Both the position numbers and the translations under genes were made by a program. From a virus, in the IMG/VR virus record IMGVR_UViG_3300049783_001054, positions 1 through 64,000 of that record: DNA of 64,000 nucleotides. One strand, 5' to 3'. Shown here one piece after another: positions 20,547-28,688 of this stretch. Under the pieces are notes generated by a model, which was given only the letters and a program-made list of their open reading frames with translations, was not told the DNA's origin and ran no database searches. The stretch's first letter is position 1; every line of letters begins with the position of its first letter.

Positions 20547-20719
20547 AAACTCTTTGAATTTTGTAGGGAAGTCCCTAAGCCCATGATTAAGGACTTCCCT
20601 GATTTTGCTTCGCACTGGCTTACACAATGACATCCAGTTTACTCTGGCCTTATCCCCTTCTACGATTTCAGAAGTTCGTCTGGATAAGTAGAACATAATC
20701 TTCCTCGTTTCCTGATTTC

Positions 20720-20917
20720 TCAGGAATCTTTTTTATCAGTTTTAGATTCATCATCATATTCTCTAGTAATAAACCATATAAACCATAGGATACAGAAAAC
20801 TATAAACACTGGTGTTAGGATTGCTACAAGAGTTATGATAAAGAATGTAACAGCTACAATAGCTACTGATAAAAAACCAAAAAGAAAGATTAAACCTATA
20901 AGTTTAAATTTGCTCAT
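20720..20917 (-). CDS. Small membrane protein
   Basis: 65 aa, long hydrophobic stretch, charged C-terminus. Confidence 0.65.
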   Translation of the reverse strand: MSKFKLIGLIFLFGFLSVAIVAVTFFIITLVAILTPVFIVFCILWFIWFITREYDDESKTDKKDS

Positions 20918-21774
20918 TGATCAAAGATCGACGCTTTCTTTGGAGTACTTTCGATTTTAACGGGGGTATCACCCTTGGAGGATTCCTTTTCCTCGTCCCC
21001 AAAAAGGTTTTTTGAGGCACTTCCTTTCGTTTCGCTGGACGAGGTATCCTTAGATTCCTCTTCTGTTGACTTAATAGTTCCTGTGCTATCGTTATCGCTG
21101 CTGTCTTCAGTATGTACGTCCACATCCGGTTCTGGCTCCTTAGTCTTGTTTTTGGAACCAGCAGGACGCCCACCTCTTTTCTTTGGAGTAGAAGGGGTGG
21201 TGGTGTTTGTAGTCTTAGATTCGCCCATCAACACTTCAGCAGTGATAACACCATTATCATCTGATGTGAGTTCAACACCTGTTGCACCAGACACATTTAG
21301 TACATCAAATACGTAGGATTCAAGGGCAGTCTGGATATCATCTTCTTCGAGTAGGATACGCATTACGTCTCCCTTTCTTGGTTCAATTTCTGTTATAATT
21401 ACAAGTATATATTCGTCTGAAGCAAAGCCTCCAAACCCAAAAGAAACACTATCAAGAAATTTCCAATTATCATCCTCAATAATACCAGCATGTACTAAAG
21501 TATCTGAAAAGAATTTATCTACAATTGAGCAAATATTTGCTACATCAAACTCTTTTTTGGTTTTAGCAAAAACTTTATACTCAAGACGAATTCTACCTAA
21601 TTTTGGTATATTACTATTTTTTAGAAGTTTTTTACCATGCTCTTGAAATTTATTTTTCAAGGATGAAAGACTTCTGAAATGGAGATTGCGATAAATATTG
21701 AGATTTAAAGCTGTTACCTTCTTACTTGAGGTACGTATCCGCATTGGAAGCTTTAAAGTGTATTCTTTATTCAT
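20914..21774 (-). CDS. RusA-like Holliday junction resolvase (N4 gp46-like) with an in-frame acidic C-terminal domain
   Basis: Start re-placed to MNKEYTL after RBS GAAGGAG; RusA signature DVANICSIVDKFFSDTLVHAGIIEDDN. Confidence 0.75.
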   Translation of the reverse strand: MNKEYTLKLPMRIRTSSKKVTALNLNIYRNLHFRSLSSLKNKFQEHGKKLLKNSNIPKLGRIRLEYKVFAKTKKEFDVANICSIVDKFFSDTLVHAGIIEDDNWKFLDSVSFGFGGFASDEYILVIITEIEPRKGDVMRILLEEDDIQTALESYVFDVLNVSGATGVELTSDDNGVITAEVLMGESKTTNTTTPSTPKKRGGRPAGSKNKTKEPEPDVDVHTEDSSDNDSTGTIKSTEEESKDTSSSETKGSASKNLFGDEEKESSKGDTPVKIESTPKKASIFDQ

Positions 21775-21808
21775 CACAATCTCCTTCAAACTGATGGTAC
21801 TTAAACTA

Positions 21809-22612
21809 TCAGTCAGCAAACAAGTCAACTGGAGCAGAAGACTTTGCAGCACCATCAGGCTTAGAGAAGGACTTACCTTCAGCAGTTCCCTTACCAGTAG
21901 ACTTATCATAAGTCTTACCTTGATTCTGGCTCAACCACTTAGGGGCATAAAGGCTCTGGCTTTCATCCATCTTAGCGATGGCTTTCCTAACATCTCTAGC
22001 ATTGAGAACATCATGAAAGTTGCCACCAAGACTTTCAACAAACCTACTAACATCACTGATAGTGACAAGCTTTTCTTCGGGGAAAAACTTAACAATCTCG
22101 TTAATATCACGAGTATCACCAGTAGGTTGATACTTACCGTCGATGAGTTTAGTTTTATCAACTGTTTGGCGCTGAAGAGCAACTTGAATCATCTCACCAT
22201 GAAGCTCCGAGAAGCAATCAACGGCTTGAGGCATTTCCTTCTTAGCTTCAAAATCCCAAAGATTGAATGTAAGTTTTTCAACATCCATTTCACCAAGATC
22301 TTTACTGGCCACCAGCATAGTCAGTGAGCTAACCAGATTATATCCCGGAAGGTTTTTTTCCTCTCCAGTCTTTTTATCCTTATAGGTTAGACCTCCAGAA
22401 CGATTAGAAACCCAAATCTGTTGACGAACCTCACGGCCATTAATCTCAAGAATGAGATTAAAACTGTCAGCATCTGATTTTGCAGCTTTAGAAGTGTAAG
22501 CTGTCTTAATCTTAGCTGTGTAAATATCAGAGTCGATAGCTCCACCGCCACCAACATAATCATCCTCAACATCATTGGAGGCAGACTTTTTACTTGCAAA
22601 AATATTGCTCAT
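21809..22612 (-). CDS. Single-stranded DNA-binding protein (N4 gp45-like SSB, late transcription activator)
   Basis: DSDIYTAKIKTAY, LPGYNLVSSL, C-terminal ...LFAD; synteny. Confidence 0.85.
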   Translation of the reverse strand: MSNIFASKKSASNDVEDDYVGGGGAIDSDIYTAKIKTAYTSKAAKSDADSFNLILEINGREVRQQIWVSNRSGGLTYKDKKTGEEKNLPGYNLVSSLTMLVASKDLGEMDVEKLTFNLWDFEAKKEMPQAVDCFSELHGEMIQVALQRQTVDKTKLIDGKYQPTGDTRDINEIVKFFPEEKLVTISDVSRFVESLGGNFHDVLNARDVRKAIAKMDESQSLYAPKWLSQNQGKTYDKSTGKGTAEGKSFSKPDGAAKSSAPVDLFAD

Positions 22613-22643
22613 AGTTGTTTTCTTTCTTTAAAGTTTTAATTTG

Positions 22644-23378
22644 TTAGTCTGAATAATAGGCAACAAGTTCATCAATCACAAGTTGAGCATCATTATCAAT
22701 GAATGTCTGCTCATCTGTAAACAAACCAAAAGGAGACCTAATCCTATCACCTACAGTGGCTCTTGTGGTTCGAGTTTGGAATACATGTTTATATCCCATA
22801 TCTCGATCTTTTTCTGTAATAGTTAAAAGTTTGCCTTCTTTGGCATCTCTTTCAATCTCTTTAATAGTAGCTTTCTTGGCTCCAATTACAGTTGTAAAGA
22901 AAGCTTCAAGACCATTCTTTTTCAGTGCACCTTTAACAGGCACAGTATAAGAATACTTCCCAGAACTTTCATCTAAAACAGCATCAATGTGTCCAAGCAT
23001 AATAGTATAGCCTGTAAACTTTGCTACATAATCATAGATTAGCTTTGGGAAAAACTGACCATAATCACCCCATGCTGCCATAGTATTAGCAGAACCAATA
23101 ACATGTACAGACTCATACCGATTCATCATGAAACTGATGGTATCAACGATGATTGTATGGAATCGTCCGGGGTTAGCAATGACTTGATTATAAAGAGCAA
23201 AGATCTCTTCAGGGTCATCAATTGTAATTCGTTTGAATTTGTTCTTAAAAGGTAATGGTTTACCTCCTTCACAATTGATGTACAAAACTCCTTCTTGTCC
23301 TCTAATATTTCGGAGAGAAGAAGATTTGCCTGCACCAGAATCACCACAGATTAGTAATGCTTTTGGGTTTTCAGACAT
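22644..23378 (-). CDS. AAA/Sak4-like ATPase (N4 gp44-like)
   Basis: Start MSENPKALL after GGAGG; Walker A GDSGAGKS, Walker B IIVD; RIRSPFGLF. Confidence 0.85.
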   Translation of the reverse strand: MSENPKALLICGDSGAGKSSSLRNIRGQEGVLYINCEGGKPLPFKNKFKRITIDDPEEIFALYNQVIANPGRFHTIIVDTISFMMNRYESVHVIGSANTMAAWGDYGQFFPKLIYDYVAKFTGYTIMLGHIDAVLDESSGKYSYTVPVKGALKKNGLEAFFTTVIGAKKATIKEIERDAKEGKLLTITEKDRDMGYKHVFQTRTTRATVGDRIRSPFGLFTDEQTFIDNDAQLVIDELVAYYSD

Positions 23379-23529
23379 CAGGAACCTCCGAGAGTTGGAG
23401 ATTTTTATCTTCTTCTCCAACAAAACAAACAAACTCTTCATTCCTGTTAGAAGTCCATTGAGCTTTGTCTTGGTAAACAAGATACCAATAGAAGTCGAAA
23501 TAGATTAAATGTGTAGCTGAATCACCCAT
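23371..23529 (-). CDS. Small hypothetical protein (52 aa), not in the ORF track
   Basis: RBS AAAGGA then ATG; reads MGDSATHLIYFDFYWYLVYQ...EVPDV and overlaps the gp44 start. Confidence 0.5.
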   Translation of the reverse strand: MGDSATHLIYFDFYWYLVYQDKAQWTSNRNEEFVCFVGEEDKNLQLSEVPDV

Positions 23530-23549
23530 AGGTAAATTTCCTTTATAGC

Positions 23550-23720
23550 TTAATTGAGAGATCTAAAGAGGAATCTAACCGACACATCCTCTTGTATCCA
23601 AAGTTATGGACAGCGTGATAGTTATCTCTTATTTCCCGTACTTCTAGGTGGCCTTGTCACCAATCACGAAGCTGCCTTAGCTAAATTTCTCCTCTAAGGT
23701 ACATCTGGTCTCTCAATTAA
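23550..23720 (-). ncRNA. Candidate structured ncRNA (171 nt)
   Basis: Perfect 12-bp terminal inverted repeat TTAATTGAGAGA/TCTCTCAATTAA plus nested helices with G-U pairs that favour the - strand; intergenic. Confidence 0.55.
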
Positions 23721-23723
23721 AGG

Positions 23724-25922
23724 TTAAGTTGCCATCTTACTAGCAACTGATTTCAAGATAGTAGAATCAAGCTCATCCTTTTTAAGGGGATTTGAGGATT
23801 GACTGTTAAGTGTGTGAAGCTTACCTCGAATTACATCAAAGCTTGCTCCTGCATCTTTGAGCATCATTGCAAATTTCAACAAGTTATTGTTTCTATTTCC
23901 AACATCCATATTATTCAGGAACCATCTTTCAAGATGATCCAATCTACCAAGATCAGCAACAGAGTTAACATACTCACTGTGTTGTTTGGTTTTAGGAATA
24001 AATGGTAAAGCATTTACAAGAGAGGTTCCCTTGTGAATGTTGATCTTACTACCCTCTAAGGTCATCCATTTTTTAGATCTTTGGTTTGCAGACTCATCAG
24101 ATTTAAAGGGCAACCAAAGAAGAAAGCTATCCATAAATTCTTTATAATCAGCTTTATCTAATTTAATAATATAGTTAGATGGCATGATCAATCTAAATCT
24201 ATGCTCATCATCTGTATGTCTTTTAGTGGTAGCCGTAATGAATGTATATTCTTTCATCAATTCATGGATAGACTCAAGAGTAATACCATGTTTAATAATA
24301 TTACCGTCTTTATCTCTCTCATGACCGTCTAAATCAGCCACTAAACAGTTAAATCCTTGGATCACATTATCTTCAGATCTATGATCTTTTTCAAAAGAAT
24401 GGTTACACCAATGTAATCCAGATGCATTAAGCATTTTTGGTAAATTATCAATAGGCTGTTCAGTAGAAGTGTAGTTAGAAGCAAAATTATCAGAGTAGCT
24501 AAATTTTAGTTTATTTAAATCAGTCTCTTCAAGTTTTGAACCTGTAAAGAAATCAACACCACTGATTACTTCTTTCTTGATTACAACATGATTACCTACA
24601 CCCCAAGCCATAGCAAGATCCATAATTTCTCGACGTGGTGTTGAAGCTGATGGGTAATATGGGAGGTCTTCAACTAGATCAGCATGAGTTAATGTGACAC
24701 CAGTTTCTGCAATGTATTTAGCTAAACGTACAAAATTTCTTTCTCTTTGTAAGAGAGTCTGAAAACTGTTACCACTTTCTTCTGCTACTTTAATGGCTTG
24801 TCTTAGATTGTTTTTTGTAATTTCAGCAGAATCATCTAAGAAAGCATACACACCTGCTAATTTTAAAGACTTAAAATATCTATGAGATAATTCTGCTTTA
24901 CGAATAATCTCATGTTCTGGCAATGCATTAGCTACAGATTCACAGTGTAAACGGTAAGAGATTAACTCAACACCTACTTCTTTAGGTACATCAATTTTTT
25001 TATCATAAAATCTAGTATCAGCATACTTAGCAAGTTTATTTTTCCAAGAAATTAGTGCATGAGAACGATTTTTGTTAACAAGACTGTCATACACATCTTC
25101 TGGGTTTACATTGGAACTAGTAGATTCAGGTTTACCCATTCCAAAGAAGCACCGTCTAGCCATACCAGCTTCAAGGATACCATAGAATTCTTCTTCAGTT
25201 TTGGAACCATCAAATAATTTTGAGGTGGTTCCAAACATGAGCATATTAGCTGGAGATGCTCCAACCAAATCAACCCCACGCTCATTCTCTGCGGTGTTTT
25301 TAATGAGTTTGGTTTTGATTCTTCCAAGATCATAAAGCTCTAAGAAGATGTTAAGAATTTCCATGTTACCTTGAATGTTAGACCCAATCTCATCCATTTG
25401 AAAATTGATTGAGCCTACTCTCGCAAGTTGTAGTTTGTATCTCAACTGTTTTACGGCTGGACCTGTACCAGAGTCAAATGTGAAATGGGCATGGCCTTGG
25501 CGTTTGAAGTCAGCAATTAATGCTGCTTTCTCTTCGTCTTCATCTCCAGATTTAGCAGCAGCAATGTTCACTGCTAGATCATAAATAGAATTTTCTGCAA
25601 TTGCAGGAAACACAGTACCAGTGAAATTAACTCTGAAATCAGAAATAATATCTTCCATTAAAGACACAGAATGTCCTTTGCCAAAACCAGAAGTAGCCAA
25701 TGCAATAGAGTAGATATTGATTGGGATAATTCCACGTTCTGGACTAACAATCGTAGCTCTCATTGAACTAGGGATTAGACCTAGAAAGTAAGCAACTTCA
25801 GCTTGGAAGAACTCACGGTTGACGTTTCCTGTACGGTGACAGAGTAGATCAACCATATCCGACATCGAAGAATGATGAGTTTGTTTCTCAATCACACTGA
25901 GGTCATAGAATGGCTTTGTCAT
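23724..25922 (-). CDS. DNA primase/helicase-like protein (N4 gp43-like)
   Basis: Walker-like ATSGFGKG, FQMDEIG; primase-like ADLD, TTKRH, RFRLI; C-terminal PriCT-like GNRNNNLLKFA. Confidence 0.85.
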   Translation of the reverse strand: MTKPFYDLSVIEKQTHHSSMSDMVDLLCHRTGNVNREFFQAEVAYFLGLIPSSMRATIVSPERGIIPINIYSIALATSGFGKGHSVSLMEDIISDFRVNFTGTVFPAIAENSIYDLAVNIAAAKSGDEDEEKAALIADFKRQGHAHFTFDSGTGPAVKQLRYKLQLARVGSINFQMDEIGSNIQGNMEILNIFLELYDLGRIKTKLIKNTAENERGVDLVGASPANMLMFGTTSKLFDGSKTEEEFYGILEAGMARRCFFGMGKPESTSSNVNPEDVYDSLVNKNRSHALISWKNKLAKYADTRFYDKKIDVPKEVGVELISYRLHCESVANALPEHEIIRKAELSHRYFKSLKLAGVYAFLDDSAEITKNNLRQAIKVAEESGNSFQTLLQRERNFVRLAKYIAETGVTLTHADLVEDLPYYPSASTPRREIMDLAMAWGVGNHVVIKKEVISGVDFFTGSKLEETDLNKLKFSYSDNFASNYTSTEQPIDNLPKMLNASGLHWCNHSFEKDHRSEDNVIQGFNCLVADLDGHERDKDGNIIKHGITLESIHELMKEYTFITATTKRHTDDEHRFRLIMPSNYIIKLDKADYKEFMDSFLLWLPFKSDESANQRSKKWMTLEGSKINIHKGTSLVNALPFIPKTKQHSEYVNSVADLGRLDHLERWFLNNMDVGNRNNNLLKFAMMLKDAGASFDVIRGKLHTLNSQSSNPLKKDELDSTILKSVASKMAT

Positions 25923-25934
25923 TTAAATTTCCTT

Positions 25935-26936
25935 TTAGACTCGACTTCCGTCATCATTAAAATAGTTTTTTCGTTGATCGCAAACCGAAAAAGCGGCGCA
26001 ATAAGTACATGCTTTGACCTCACCGGGAACTTTTACAACAACTCCTTTTCCTTTTTGTTTAAGGTGAAGTTGTGCATCAGCTTCATTGGTTTCAAAGTTC
26101 TTTTGGCACCTACCACCTGCGGCAGCAGTTGCTGGATTTGAGTAATACTTAAAAGCATCTTCGGATCTCCAAAGCTCTTTATTAGTACATTGAACCATTT
26201 TATCTTGGGTAAGTTTGGCATTGGATAAAATATGATCAACCTTACCATTTACCCAATCTTCTGTCTCAGAAAGAGATAGCAAAGCAAACTCTTTGTGTGG
26301 AGTTCTGATCTGAGGGTATCTTGGGTCAGCAGTCCTGTATTTAACCCAATCTGTAAAGATAAATTGGATTTTCATCATATCATCCCTGATTAGATCAGGC
26401 ATAATCCAACGATACATAGATCCCTGTAAAACATAATCTTCATCTTTGTTTCCCGAAGTCCAAGAAAAAGTAGATGTAGATTTAAAGTCTCGGTAAGATT
26501 GGCCAATTAGAAAATCAAGCTGACCAGTAACTACTAAATCTCTAAATTGTTTAAAGCCTCTAATCTCAAGATAGATTGGAATTTCATCATCTTTGAGAGT
26601 TTTAGGATCAGGATTAATTCTAATCTTTTTGATGATTCTTTCAGGGTAATGAAGCTTCCTCATAGAAGCTTTCCAATTTCCTTGGGTCCAAGCACGCTCA
26701 ATAGAGTCGTGTAGCCCATGTCCCATTCGAGACGCAATCATATCAGAAAGATCATACTCCTCCTGAGTCTGGTCTACCTGACGTTTGAGGATAAGCTGAC
26801 GAGTTGGCTTCATAAGTGTGGTTACAGAGATAAGCTCACCCGGAGGTGCATCACTAGCTCCTGATTTGTAACCATCCTGAAGTAGCCAAACAGCTAAAGG
26901 TAAGTCAATATTATGGTTGTTTGTAATTTTTACCAT
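25935..26936 (-). CDS. PD-(D/E)XK exonuclease, Cas4/AddB-like (N4 gp42-like)
   Basis: ISVTTLMKPTRQ, TGQLD...DFKST, C-terminal CTYCAAFSVC. Confidence 0.8.
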   Translation of the reverse strand: MVKITNNHNIDLPLAVWLLQDGYKSGASDAPPGELISVTTLMKPTRQLILKRQVDQTQEEYDLSDMIASRMGHGLHDSIERAWTQGNWKASMRKLHYPERIIKKIRINPDPKTLKDDEIPIYLEIRGFKQFRDLVVTGQLDFLIGQSYRDFKSTSTFSWTSGNKDEDYVLQGSMYRWIMPDLIRDDMMKIQFIFTDWVKYRTADPRYPQIRTPHKEFALLSLSETEDWVNGKVDHILSNAKLTQDKMVQCTNKELWRSEDAFKYYSNPATAAAGGRCQKNFETNEADAQLHLKQKGKGVVVKVPGEVKACTYCAAFSVCDQRKNYFNDDGSRV

Positions 26937-27106
26937 TACTCTTCCTCAACAGAAGCATTACAGTAAGTAATTATATCAATAGGTACATAAAAATTTTCAT
27001 TTTCCCATTTAAAAATAAAAACACCTTCAGTAATGTTCATATTTTTGTACCCTCTTATTACTTCGTGAGTTCCATCACGATATTTAATTTCAGCTATGTT
27101 TATCAT
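26936..27106 (-). CDS. Small hypothetical protein (56 aa), not in the ORF track
   Basis: MINIAEIKYRDGTHEV...; its stop overlaps the gp42 start (TAATG). Confidence 0.5.
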   Translation of the reverse strand: MINIAEIKYRDGTHEVIRGYKNMNITEGVFIFKWENENFYVPIDIITYCNASVEEE

Positions 27107-27404
27107 TTAGTATCCTATCGTTGTTATGAGTTATAGCATTTAAGTATGCTATTAGATCTGATTTATTTGAATTTATTGCAGCATGATCTACTACAATTAA
27201 AACTTTAGTATTGAATCTTGGTATGTCATCTCTATTTGAAGAAGCAAAATTAAGAAAAGCTTTTTTGTAATAAATTCTATTAGTTTTATAAGATAAATCG
27301 TTATATCTATATAAACTTAACATAAGTTTTAAACAATATTCAGTATTGTTTATATCTCTACAAAGATAACAACAATTTATACCATTTTTTATAAAATTAT
27401 GCAT
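27090..27404 (-). CDS. Hypothetical protein (very AT-rich)
   Basis: 104-aa ORF coupled to the end of the polymerase C-terminal fragment. Confidence 0.4.
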   Translation of the reverse strand: MHNFIKNGINCCYLCRDINNTEYCLKLMLSLYRYNDLSYKTNRIYYKKAFLNFASSNRDDIPRFNTKVLIVVDHAAINSNKSDLIAYLNAITHNNDRILNDKHS

Positions 27405-28177
27405 TAATAGATGTAATTGATTAGTAGTTTTCTTGTTGCTAACTTCTCTAAATGTTTAGCAATTTTATTTTTAACATCTTCAACAGATGCATTATTTGGG
27501 ATTGTCATTTCTTTACTCCAATCAGGATAAAAGACAGATAATTCACCACTCATTTTAATGTACTTGTTTTGTATGGCAGGGTCTTCTTGCCAGCTTACAG
27601 CTTTAACCATGTATTTATTAGTGTAGAGTAGTACATCCATATCATCTTTAATTAGCATGTACCCAGCATCATGGATTTGAGCACAGGGTTTGATACTTAA
27701 TCTATGTGGCCCACTACGGACCTCAGCTAAGAACTCAGAGCCTGCCCTTGAGTTTAACATGCAGTAGGACTGCCCAAGAGCATTACCCGCTGTACGGCCT
27801 TCTGCTGCTGCCTCATAAGGTGTCTTACTTGTTCCTAATACCACTTGGTTCAAGAGTGGGGTTCTAAGCCTAAGTCCAAATGCAAGAGTGACGTAGCCAT
27901 CTTTACAAGCTTGCTCTAGCTTATCTGCAACCCACTTATCTGAAACATGATAAAGTTTATGATAGCTGGCTTCAATAGACTTAGCCAACTCTAAAGTGAA
28001 TCCACAGTTTACCATCAAAGTTGCAAACGTACCTTGGTAGGTTAAAGCAAAAGTAGGAGCTTTCGATTCTTGACGCCAATGAGGGTACAAATATCTAATG
28101 GAATTCACCCTCGAAACATTATGCTCCGAGGGTGAAACTATGGAAATATTATCAATATTTCCATGTAAGTTAAGCAC
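27404..28177 (-). CDS. DNA polymerase family A, C-terminal fragment (motifs B and C)
   Basis: RQESKAPTFALTYQG (motif B), RTAGNALGQS, QIHDA (motif C). Confidence 0.92.
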   Translation of the reverse strand: MLNLHGNIDNISIVSPSEHNVSRVNSIRYLYPHWRQESKAPTFALTYQGTFATLMVNCGFTLELAKSIEASYHKLYHVSDKWVADKLEQACKDGYVTLAFGLRLRTPLLNQVVLGTSKTPYEAAAEGRTAGNALGQSYCMLNSRAGSEFLAEVRSGPHRLSIKPCAQIHDAGYMLIKDDMDVLLYTNKYMVKAVSWQEDPAIQNKYIKMSGELSVFYPDWSKEMTIPNNASVEDVKNKIAKHLEKLATRKLLINYIY

Positions 28178-28688
28178 GAGGTGAAATACCCCAATCTTCT
28201 GCTAACATATCAGTTTGTGAAGCTAACCAACCAATGACAATTGATCCATCTGCTGCACGCATATCAATGTGTGGTAAAATATTAAGAGTTTTTACACCTT
28301 CGTTTGCACGACCTTTAGCTACACCAGATCTAGCTAAATTAGATCTAATAGTTGAACCTTCTTGTAAAGCGATCCACATATTTTTACCGTTCCATCCTGA
28401 TCTTGAAACATGGTATCCTTTCTTCAAAAAATACAAAGCATGTCCAAAGTCAAACTCTCCGTGAGATCGGTAAGCTTCTTCAAATTGAGATTTTGGAGAC
28501 CAGCTAATATAACCAGAATGATTAGAGTGGTTGCTTTTACCATCTGGGTATTCAACTAAGTAACCTTCATCCTTTCCCTCTTCATCAGAAGGTACAACCC
28601 AACCACGATAGAAATTGTAATTTTCTCTATCCATTGGAGTAGCTAAAAGACTCTTAGTACCAATATAGTGTTTCATTTTTATTCTCAT
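28170..28688 (-). CDS. Tad2/DUF2829-family protein with an extra N-terminal domain, inserted between the two polymerase halves
   Basis: C-terminal FGHALYFLKKG...RSGWNGKNM...WLASQTDMLAEDW is the DUF2829/Tad2 signature; N-terminal YIGTK...EGYLVEY...SWSPK domain. Confidence 0.8.
   Translation of the reverse strand: MRIKMKHYIGTKSLLATPMDRENYNFYRGWVVPSDEEGKDEGYLVEYPDGKSNHSNHSGYISWSPKSQFEEAYRSHGEFDFGHALYFLKKGYHVSRSGWNGKNMWIALQEGSTIRSNLARSGVAKGRANEGVKTLNILPHIDMRAADGSIVIGWLASQTDMLAEDWGISPRA

Noticed and set aside
20418-20696. 92-aa ORF on the - strand
   Set aside because: It runs through the tRNA-like cloverleaf and dense hairpins and has no recognisable motif; more likely a chance frame.
21698-22327. 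209-aa + strand ORF
   Set aside because: Antisense to SSB with no motif or RBS; the same applies to the many other short opposite-strand ORFs in the track.
23550-23720. Retron
   Set aside because: The inverted repeats resemble a1/a2, but no reverse transcriptase is present in the window.
25935-26936. Cas4 as a sign of a CRISPR system
   Set aside because: This is a core N4 gp42-like nuclease; no repeat-spacer array or other cas genes were seen.
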